DNA from: Trueperaceae bacterium
GTDB lineage: Bacteria > Deinococcota > Deinococci > Deinococcales > Trueperaceae
Direction of reading: 5' to 3'
DNA length: 64,000 bases
Assembly: GCA_965215565.1 (NCBI GenBank)
Contig: CBDCDZ010000004.1
Coordinates: 1,824,001-1,888,000, forward strand
In this document: piece after piece, positions 52,919 to 60,215 of the stretch
How the letters are laid out: every line of letters starts with the position of its first letter
Numbering within the stretch: the first letter of the stretch is position 1
Translations under genes and position numbers: made by a program
Notes under the pieces: model-generated
The model's database searches: none
What the model was told of the DNA's origin: nothing
The model's input: only the letters and a program-made list of their open reading frames with translations

Positions 52919-54091
52919 ATGAGAGACGCTGTTATCGTCACCGCCATCCGCACCCCCGTCGGACGCGCCAAAAAAGGAAACTTGAGAGACACCCGCCCGG
53001 ATGATTTGGCGGGCTTCATCATCCGCGAAGCGGTGGAGCGCACGCCGGGCTTGGACGTGAGCCGCATCAACGATGTGCTCTTAGGCAACGCCCACCCCGA
53101 GGGCGAAGCGGGCTATAACATGGCGCGCATCGCTGCGCAGATTGCGGACTTGCCCGAGAGCGTCGCGGGCGCGACTGTCAACCGCTTTTGCGCCTCAGGT
53201 CTGCAGACGATGGTCCAGGGCGCACACGCCGTTATGCTCGGCATGTCGGATGTGGTCTTGGCGGGCGGGAGCGACTGCACGAGCCGCGTGCCGATGGGTG
53301 GGCACAATATGGCGATCAACAAGTCACTTTATCGGCGCAACCCCGGCGCGTACTACACGATGGGGCAAACTGCCGAGGCGGTGGCGCGCAAGTTTGGCAT
53401 CACCCGCGAGGAGCAGGACCGCTTTGCGCTCAAGAGCCATCAGAAGGCGGTGGCGGCGCAAGAGGCGTGCAAGTTCGACGGGCACGTGATTCCAGTACCG
53501 ACGCGCGTCAAAGACGAAGAGGGCAACTGGCATGATGTAACGGTTTCGAAAGATGAAGGACCACGGGCGAACACCAGCATGGAGACGCTCGCCTCCCTTA
53601 AAACCGTCTTCGCCGACGACGAGCAAGCGACGGTGACGGCGGGGAACTCGAGCCCCATGAACGACGGCGCAGCTATCACGCTCATCGTGAGCGAAGAGGA
53701 AGCCGAGGCGCAAGGGCTTACGCCGCTCGCTAGGTTCGTCCAAGCCGCCGCCGTAGGCGTGCCGCCCGAAATCATGGGCGTCGGCCCGGTGCCTGCGATT
53801 CGCAGTTTGCTGGAGAAAACGGGCATGACGGTTGACGACGTTGACCTCATCGAAATCAATGAGGCGTTCGCCAGCCAGTGTTACTACGCCCAGCAAGAAC
53901 TCGGTATTCCCGACGAGAAATTCAATGTGAATGGCGGCGCGATTGCCATCGGACACCCTCTAGGCGCAACGGGCGCACGCATCGCCTCGGACCTCTTTGC
54001 GGAGATGAAGCGCCGGGACGCGGAGTACGGCATCGTCTCGATGTGCGTCGGCGGCGGTCAGGGGATGGCGGGGCTGTTTCAGCGGGTTTAA
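52919..54091 (+). CDS. Acetyl-CoA C-acyltransferase (thiolase)
   Basis: NRFCASG, NEAFA, GHPLGATG and MCVGGGQG motifs. Confidence 0.96.
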   Translation: MRDAVIVTAIRTPVGRAKKGNLRDTRPDDLAGFIIREAVERTPGLDVSRINDVLLGNAHPEGEAGYNMARIAAQIADLPESVAGATVNRFCASGLQTMVQGAHAVMLGMSDVVLAGGSDCTSRVPMGGHNMAINKSLYRRNPGAYYTMGQTAEAVARKFGITREEQDRFALKSHQKAVAAQEACKFDGHVIPVPTRVKDEEGNWHDVTVSKDEGPRANTSMETLASLKTVFADDEQATVTAGNSSPMNDGAAITLIVSEEEAEAQGLTPLARFVQAAAVGVPPEIMGVGPVPAIRSLLEKTGMTVDDVDLIEINEAFASQCYYAQQELGIPDEKFNVNGGAIAIGHPLGATGARIASDLFAEMKRRDAEYGIVSMCVGGGQGMAGLFQRV

Positions 54092-54191
54092 TCGAAGACT
54101 CAAGCGCTGTAGAGGCGACTTATGAATCGCCTCTACACCTCATTCAGCCGTGTAAGAATCTTGTAAGAGCTTACGCGCTATCCTCAGCGCT

Positions 54192-54566
54192 GTGGCGAGC
54201 ATTCTGATTGTCGACGATCAACCCTCTATCCGCGTTCTTCTGAAAGGCATTTTGAGCCGTTCGGGTCACGCGCTTTACTTTGCTGAAAATGGTGTGGAGG
54301 CGCTTGACGCTCTGGAGCAACACGCCGTCGATTTGCTGATCACCGACATCAATATGCCGCAGATGGACGGGCTCGAGTTGCTCAACCGTTTGCAGGACCG
54401 CCCTAACCTCAGCAAACTTGCGATGAGCGCTCAGCGTCCGCAAGATATAGAGCCTAAGCTCGAGGCGCTCGGCGTCACTGATTTTTTCGAGAAACCTCTG
54501 GATATCAAGCGCCTCCGGCAGCGCGTCGAAACGCTGCTCGCACAGCACAGACCCTCAAAGACGTAG
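54192..54566 (+). CDS. Single-domain CheY-like response regulator
   Basis: ILIVDD, ITDINMPQMDG and KP motifs; TATCCT 7 nt upstream of the GTG. Confidence 0.9.
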   Translation: MASILIVDDQPSIRVLLKGILSRSGHALYFAENGVEALDALEQHAVDLLITDINMPQMDGLELLNRLQDRPNLSKLAMSAQRPQDIEPKLEALGVTDFFEKPLDIKRLRQRVETLLAQHRPSKT

Positions 54567-54605
54567 AAGAAGCTCCGGCTCCGCACCACCGCGGAGCTTC
54601 TTCTA
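54564..54605. terminator. Hairpin between the convergent response regulator and rhodopsin genes
   Basis: TAGAAGAAGCTCCG/CGGAGCTTCTTCTA inverted repeat. Confidence 0.65.
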
Positions 54606-54627
54606 CATCTAGTCTGTTTTTCTATGT

Positions 54628-55449
54628 TTAGTCTGTTGCAGCAGCAGAGGCCTGTGAGCCCTCTTCTGAGCCCACGCCCACTTCACCTTCGTCCTCGCGG
54701 GTCTTCTCACGCGCGATAGCGTAGATAAGTAGACCGAATGCGGGCTTAGCGAGCACATCGGCGAGCGTGTAACCCAGTTGCAAACCGACTTCCGCCCACG
54801 CACCACCGAGTCCGAACATCGGGATCATGTACGCGATGGGATAGACGCCCCAGGTACCCAAGAGCAGAAGCCGCAGGTTGCGAACGAGCTTCCTGACTTG
54901 CTGGGACTCGTTCTCTAACTGGTTACCAAGCTCCACCCAGAGAACATAGAGGATGTAGGCGAAAGGTATTGAACTGAGGAAGCCCCAGCCAAACCGCGCC
55001 CAGAACTGATTTTGCGGGTCCAAAACCTCACCGGGGTAGCCAAGCGCAATCATCAGCACAGCAGCGAAGGCTAGGCGGGCAATGAGCGAGCCGGACTTAC
55101 CGCGCGGCAACGCAAGTACAGCCACAGTCTCGGTCAAGAGAAGCGGCACGGTTAGAAGCCAGTCGATGTAGCGGTAGAGGTCGTTGAAGGGCTCACCCGT
55201 CGGCATGTAGACGCCGCCCTCGAACGCATAGGCGTCGCCCCAAGAGTTGAAGATGCGGAAGTAGTGATACGCCGCGATGATCACGACGATAGCTGAAATA
55301 AGCAGCGATGAGCGGTACTTCTCACCGACATAAGGGCGCGCTAAAATAAAGAAAAACGCGCCTGCTACCATCGCCGCAATCGCAAACGATAGTGCGTTGT
55401 AGGCAATCTGATATTGACCTACGGTTAATACGGGTAGTCCGGACTCCAT
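54628..55449 (-). CDS. Microbial rhodopsin, xanthorhodopsin/Gloeobacter-rhodopsin type, DTE proton pump
   Basis: 7 TMs; YHYFRI His, YRYIDWLLTVPLLLTE (D-T-E), GYPGE, WGVYP and retinal Lys in DVLAK; AAGGAG RBS before the ATG at 55449. Confidence 0.95.
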   Translation of the reverse strand: MESGLPVLTVGQYQIAYNALSFAIAAMVAGAFFFILARPYVGEKYRSSLLISAIVVIIAAYHYFRIFNSWGDAYAFEGGVYMPTGEPFNDLYRYIDWLLTVPLLLTETVAVLALPRGKSGSLIARLAFAAVLMIALGYPGEVLDPQNQFWARFGWGFLSSIPFAYILYVLWVELGNQLENESQQVRKLVRNLRLLLLGTWGVYPIAYMIPMFGLGGAWAEVGLQLGYTLADVLAKPAFGLLIYAIAREKTREDEGEVGVGSEEGSQASAAATD

Positions 55450-55739
55450 AGTGTACTCCTTCTCGGGGGTTAGTGCCCTTCGTAGCACTTAGGCTTTTCC
55501 TTGAGCTTGGGTTCGCTCTGCAGACTAAACGGCGCTCCACCTCCTCATCTCTGTGATGTATTTGAATACTACACTAACAAAAGAAAAGATAAAAGAAAAG
55601 AGGTGCAGGCTCCGGTTTTCGCTCTACTAAGCTGCGCAGCGCCGTATCAGCGACTCGAGCATCTTCGCGCAGTCACACGCGCGCCGTCTCGAGCCTCAAA
55701 AGACCAACTTGAAAAGACTGACTCCAACGAGACCAGGTG

Positions 55740-56717
55740 TCAGCCGCCGATTGCCACCATCGTTCTCGGTCTGTCGGTAGGCGTCGTGACGCCCGAGGCG
55801 ACTTTGCGGTGCGCCGCAATCAAGAAAGTCTCTTGGATGGCGGCGATAGGCTCCGCCGCGTTCAGCGCAGGGCGCAGGTCTAGCTCGCGGTCATTCAAAA
55901 GGCAGGGGCGCAGCTTGGCGTCACTGGTGAGCCTCATGCGGCTGCACGCACCACAGAAGGGCTCGGAGACGGGATTGATAAAACCTAGCGCGCCCTGCCA
56001 GCCCGGAACCTTGAAGAGCTTAGCGGGGGCGCTCGGGTCAGTGGTGAGGGGCTCGAGTTCGCCAAATGCCGCCTCGATCCGCTCACGAATCTCTCGCCCT
56101 GGCATGAACGCCGCGTAGTAATCCTTTGAGTCGGCGTTGTTGAGATGCATGTATTCGATGTAGCGCACGTGGATGGGGAGGTCCTTGGCGAGTTCAGCTA
56201 GCGCCAAAAGCTCGCCGTCGTTGATGCCGCGAATCATGACGGTGTTGAGCTTAACGGGGTGCAGCCCCGCCGCCATCACCGCCTCGACACCCTCCCAGAC
56301 CTGTCTGATATTGCCGCCTTTCGTCGCCTGGCGAAAGGCGTCCGGGTCGACCGCGTCGAGCGAGATATTGACCCTGTCAAGCCCAGCCGCTAAGAGGTCA
56401 GGCAGACGCCGCTTCAAGAGGCTCGCGTTCGTGGTCAGGGCGACGTCTTGGATACCGAGTTCCTTCGCGGAAGCGAGCATCTCGGGAAGCTCTTTACGCA
56501 AGAGGGGCTCGCCGCCCGTAAAGCGCACCGACTCGACACCCAGACTCACCGCGGCTAAGAGCACGTGGCGCACATCCGTCACACTGATCGTGCCTAAAGG
56601 GTCCTTGCGCCCATGCCCCAGGGGGTCGCAGTAGAAGCACTTGAAGTTGCAGCGGGGCGTCACGCTGACGCGCAGATCGCGCACGACGCGCCCGTGCTGA
56701 TCGACGAGCGACCTCAC
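55740..56717 (-). CDS. moaA: GTP 3',8-cyclase (molybdenum cofactor biosynthesis)
   Basis: LRVSVTPRCNFKCFYC, TGGEP, FCGACSRMR...C and C-terminal IGG. Confidence 0.96.
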   Translation of the reverse strand: MRSLVDQHGRVVRDLRVSVTPRCNFKCFYCDPLGHGRKDPLGTISVTDVRHVLLAAVSLGVESVRFTGGEPLLRKELPEMLASAKELGIQDVALTTNASLLKRRLPDLLAAGLDRVNISLDAVDPDAFRQATKGGNIRQVWEGVEAVMAAGLHPVKLNTVMIRGINDGELLALAELAKDLPIHVRYIEYMHLNNADSKDYYAAFMPGREIRERIEAAFGELEPLTTDPSAPAKLFKVPGWQGALGFINPVSEPFCGACSRMRLTSDAKLRPCLLNDRELDLRPALNAAEPIAAIQETFLIAAHRKVASGVTTPTDRPRTMVAIGG

Positions 56718-56982
56718 GCGCGTCCTAAAGGGAGTCTCAAGGCTAAAGAGAGTTGAGAACGTAGCATTGCATTTATCCTAACGCAAAAGTTTATAGGGGT
56801 AACGTGATATGTCGGTCCAAACCTCCGTACGTTCCGCAGATATTCACTGACCTCTTGCACTTTAGTCGAACTCCGAATCCAGAATTACGACACTCGGTGT
56901 ACGCGAACGTCTTACAGCCTATGTTTAAGGCGCTATTTCGCAAGTCGTCTAGCCAGACCACTACTCGGTCAACAAACAGTCG

Positions 56983-57099
56983 TACGGATTCCGAAGCGAT
57001 TACTGCGTAAACTCCGCTATGAAATTCTGCTTTCCCGGTTACGAAGCTTTTGCGGATGCGAAAGGCGGGAGCACGTCGTGAAGTTCGTCGGAATCCGTA
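56983..57099. repeat. Second SRE-like element with TACGGATTCCGA...TCGGAATCCGTA terminal inverted repeats
   Basis: Perfect 12-bp inverted ends of the same type as 20269-20403; interior divergent. Confidence 0.6.
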
Positions 57100-57112
57100 G
57101 CTCCTTTTACTC

Positions 57113-57223
57113 TAGCAGGTATCATCTAGTTTGAGACATTCTCACTATGCGAGTTACCGTCTAGCAGGCACTTGCGGAGATGATACTTGCGGTAATCTGT
57201 CTCAGTATGTTTTGGAACTGCTC
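57113..57223 (+). mobile_element. MITE-like repeat, copy H
   Basis: TAGCAGGTATCATCTAG...AGATGATACTTGCGG...CAGTATGTTTTGGAACTGCT. Confidence 0.8.
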
Positions 57224-57262
57224 CTCATTATACTCGGGTCAATTCCTACGGGAATGAACCGG

Positions 57263-57373
57263 TAGCAGGTATCATCTGGTCAGCTACACTCTTACTAAAG
57301 AGAACATCGCCTAGCACGCACTTTCAGGGATGATATCTGCGGAGAAGTGTAGCAATGATAAGTGAAACTGCTA
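57263..57373 (+). mobile_element. MITE-like repeat, copy I
   Basis: TAGCAGGTATCATCTGG...GATGATATCTGCGG...AACTGCTA. Confidence 0.75.
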
Positions 57374-57595
57374 GGAAAGGGCGTCAGAAGTAGCTTAGCA
57401 CTGTAGTTTCGTACGTAGAGCCGTGTATAAGGTTGTGTCCTAACGACTTGCCCGACAGTCTTTACGCGCACCTCTTCATCTGCTACGTTGGTGAGGGCGT
57501 TCGGCAGCGTGAACACGAGCTTGAGTGACGCCAGACAATTTAAGAGAGACGGAGTACGGGAGAGGTGGGGGAAACGTGCGGAGTGTGAGGGGGGC

Positions 57596-58471
57596 GTGAA
57601 GCGCCCTAAGAGCAAGACGAAAAGCAGCGTGATCAGGGTCACGCGGGGTGCGGCGCAGACGCGCCGCGACGTCTTAGCAACGGAAGAACCCCTGGAGATT
57701 CGTCTGCTGAGCGCAGCCGAAAAGCGGACGGTTGCGCTCACAATGCGCACGCCGGGAAACGATTTCGAGCTTGCTGCTGGGTTTCTGTTCTGCGAAGGAA
57801 TCTTGAAGCGTCGGGACGACGTCGCGCGCATCTCGTACTGCGTCGATACCGACGCTCTGCAACGCTACAACGTTGTCAACATGACGCTGCGCGGCGCGTT
57901 GCCCGAGCTGCGCGGCTTGGAGCGGCACTTTTACACCTCGTCAGCCTGCGGGGTGTGTGGCAAGGCGAGCTTAGAAGCGCTGGAAGTTCGCTGCGCCGCG
58001 CTGCCGCAGACGTTGCACGTTTCGCCCGGTCTCATCACCTCTTTACCGGACAAGCTGAGAGACGCGCAAGGGCTCTTCGACGCGACGGGCGGGCTGCACG
58101 CGGCGGCGCTCTTCTCCAAAAAGGGCGAGATGCTCGCGCTCCGCGAGGACGTAGGGCGGCATAACGCGCTCGACAAGCTCCTCGGCTGGGCGTTTTTAGA
58201 AAACCTGCTCCCTTTATCCGAGCACGTCGTCTTGCTGAGCGGCAGGGCGAGCTTCGAACTCGTGCAGAAGTCGCTAGCGGCGAGTGTGCAACTCGTCTGC
58301 GCGGTCTCCGCGCCGAGCAGCTTGGCGGTGTCTGTAGCGAAAGAATTCGATATGACCCTCGTAGGTTTTTTACGCGGCGAGCGCTTTAATATCTACGCGG
58401 GTGAAGGGCGTATCCGTTTGAACAGTGAAAGCGGACAAAGAGAGGCTCGAGCGGCTATGCCAAGCCCCTAA
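57596..58471 (+). CDS. fdhD: Formate dehydrogenase accessory sulfurtransferase
   Basis: EEPLEIR, MRTPG, SSACGVCG, TGGLHAA and EDVGRHNALDK motifs; start uncertain. Confidence 0.95.
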   Translation: MKRPKSKTKSSVIRVTRGAAQTRRDVLATEEPLEIRLLSAAEKRTVALTMRTPGNDFELAAGFLFCEGILKRRDDVARISYCVDTDALQRYNVVNMTLRGALPELRGLERHFYTSSACGVCGKASLEALEVRCAALPQTLHVSPGLITSLPDKLRDAQGLFDATGGLHAAALFSKKGEMLALREDVGRHNALDKLLGWAFLENLLPLSEHVVLLSGRASFELVQKSLAASVQLVCAVSAPSSLAVSVAKEFDMTLVGFLRGERFNIYAGEGRIRLNSESGQREARAAMPSP

Positions 58472-58552
58472 ATGCGCCCTCAGCCGCAGCGCACGCTGCA
58501 CTCGAAAGGAGTTCGTTTCAAGCTCTTCACCTACATTAGGAGGTCACACGCT

Positions 58553-59977
58553 ATGCTCTCATTTTTAGACCGTGAAAATACCGTTGCCCAGCCCGGCTTT
58601 AGCCGCTGGCTGGTGCCGCCTGCCGCGTTAGCTATTCACCTCTCCATTGGGCAGATTTACGCCTACAGCGTTTTTAATGGACCGATGTCGCGCATCATCG
58701 GCGTTAGTGAGTCTGCGCCCGGCGACTGGAGCCAGTTTACGATTCAGTGGATTTTCAGCGTCGCCATCGTCGTGCTGGGCGCGTCGGCAGCGATTTTTGG
58801 GAAGTGGTTGGAGCGCGTCGGCCCGCGCATGGCGATGTTCGTCGCGGCGCTCTGCTTTAGCGGCGGCTTTTTCGTCGCCGCTCTAGGCGTCTCTGTCCAC
58901 AGCATCTGGCTCGTCTATCTGGGTAGTGGTGTTTTGGGCGGTGTCGGGCTGGGGCTCGGCTACATCTCACCCGTCTCGACGCTCATCAAGTGGTTTCCCG
59001 ACCGCCCCGGTTTAGCGACGGGCATGGCGATCATGGGCTTCGGCGGCGGTGCGCTCCTAGCCTCGCCCTTGTCTGAGACGCTTCTTGGCGTCTACAGCAC
59101 GTCCAACTCAGTCGGTATCGCGCCCACGTTTATCACCCTAGGCATCCTCTACCTCTGCCTGATGATGTTCGGCGCGTTTATCGTGCGTATCCCGGCGAAG
59201 GGCTGGCAACCTTCGGGCTACAACCCCGAGGAGAAGAGCAAGGGCGGCATGATCGCCAACACCAACGTAGACGCCGACACCGCGATTCGCACCCCGCAGT
59301 TCTGGCTGCTCTTTGCAGTCCTGTTCCTCAACGTCACAGCGGGCATCGGCGTGTTGCAGCAAGCCTCGCTGATGATTCAAGAGATGTTCTCCGTGGACTC
59401 GGTAGGCGAAGCGGCGGCGGTCAGCGCGGCAGCGGCGGCGGGTTTCGTCGGGCTTTTAAGCATCTTCAACATGCTCGGGCGCTTTTTCTGGTCGTCGGTC
59501 TCGGACTACATCGGGCGCAAAAACACCTACTTCATCTTTTTTGCTTTAGGCGCGGTGCTCTACTTCTTGATTCCAACCTTTGGCAACATGGGGAGCGTGG
59601 TGCTTTTCGTCGCGGGCTTCTGCGTCATCCTCACCATGTATGGGGGCGGCTTCGCCACCATCCCCGCCTACTTGCGCGACCTCTTCGGCACCTATGAGGT
59701 CGGCGCAATTCACGGACGGCTGCTGCTCGCTTGGTCCCTCGCTGGGGTAGCCGGACCTACCATCATCAACTGGGTCAGAAACGCGCAGCTTAACAGCGGC
59801 GTGCCCGCAGCGCAAGCCTACAGCGTCACCATGTACATCATGGCGGGACTCCTTATCGTGGGCTTCGTGTGCAACTTCTTCGTGAGCCCGGTGGACGAAA
59901 AGTACAGCGTCGAAGCCAGGGAGAACGAACAAGGAGCCCCTTCATCCTCTAGAACTAGCGAAGCGACAGGAGACTAA
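58553..59977 (+). CDS. OFA-family (oxalate/formate antiporter-like) MFS transporter
   Basis: IHLSIGQIYAYSVF, KWFPDRPGLATG, YGGGFATIPAYL and IHGRLL; 12 TMs; AGGAGG RBS. Confidence 0.9.
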   Translation: MLSFLDRENTVAQPGFSRWLVPPAALAIHLSIGQIYAYSVFNGPMSRIIGVSESAPGDWSQFTIQWIFSVAIVVLGASAAIFGKWLERVGPRMAMFVAALCFSGGFFVAALGVSVHSIWLVYLGSGVLGGVGLGLGYISPVSTLIKWFPDRPGLATGMAIMGFGGGALLASPLSETLLGVYSTSNSVGIAPTFITLGILYLCLMMFGAFIVRIPAKGWQPSGYNPEEKSKGGMIANTNVDADTAIRTPQFWLLFAVLFLNVTAGIGVLQQASLMIQEMFSVDSVGEAAAVSAAAAAGFVGLLSIFNMLGRFFWSSVSDYIGRKNTYFIFFALGAVLYFLIPTFGNMGSVVLFVAGFCVILTMYGGGFATIPAYLRDLFGTYEVGAIHGRLLLAWSLAGVAGPTIINWVRNAQLNSGVPAAQAYSVTMYIMAGLLIVGFVCNFFVSPVDEKYSVEARENEQGAPSSSRTSEATGD

Positions 59978-59978
59978 A

Positions 59979-60173
59979 ATGGCCGAAGTCAAAGCGTACG
60001 GTGACAGTCAAGGCGAGAATACGGGGCGGGTCACCTTGGAAGACTCTCCCCCCAGCGAAGCTTACGAAGGCAAACCCACCGGACAGCTCGCGGTGGCTTG
60101 GGCTGTAGTCGGCGTCCCATTTGCTTTCGGCCTAATTGCTACGATTATCAAAGCGCTGCCGCTCTTTCGTTAG
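59979..60173 (+). CDS. Small single-TM protein accompanying the OFA transporter
   Basis: AWAVVGVPFAFG...KALPLF; AGGAG RBS; sits within the operon. Confidence 0.75.
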   Translation: MAEVKAYGDSQGENTGRVTLEDSPPSEAYEGKPTGQLAVAWAVVGVPFAFGLIATIIKALPLFR

Positions 60174-60215
60174 CGTGGTAGCAAAGAGAGAAGAACGGGT
60201 TAGAGAGGGGTTACA

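Noticed and set aside
54192..55449. Sensory rhodopsin plus response regulator phototaxis unit
   Set aside because: The genes are convergent and separated by a hairpin, the rhodopsin has a pump-type DTE motif, and there is no transducer
56718..57595. Moco riboswitch upstream of moaA or fdhD
   Set aside because: No recognisable Moco motif; the structure in this region is explained by SRE-like and MITE repeats
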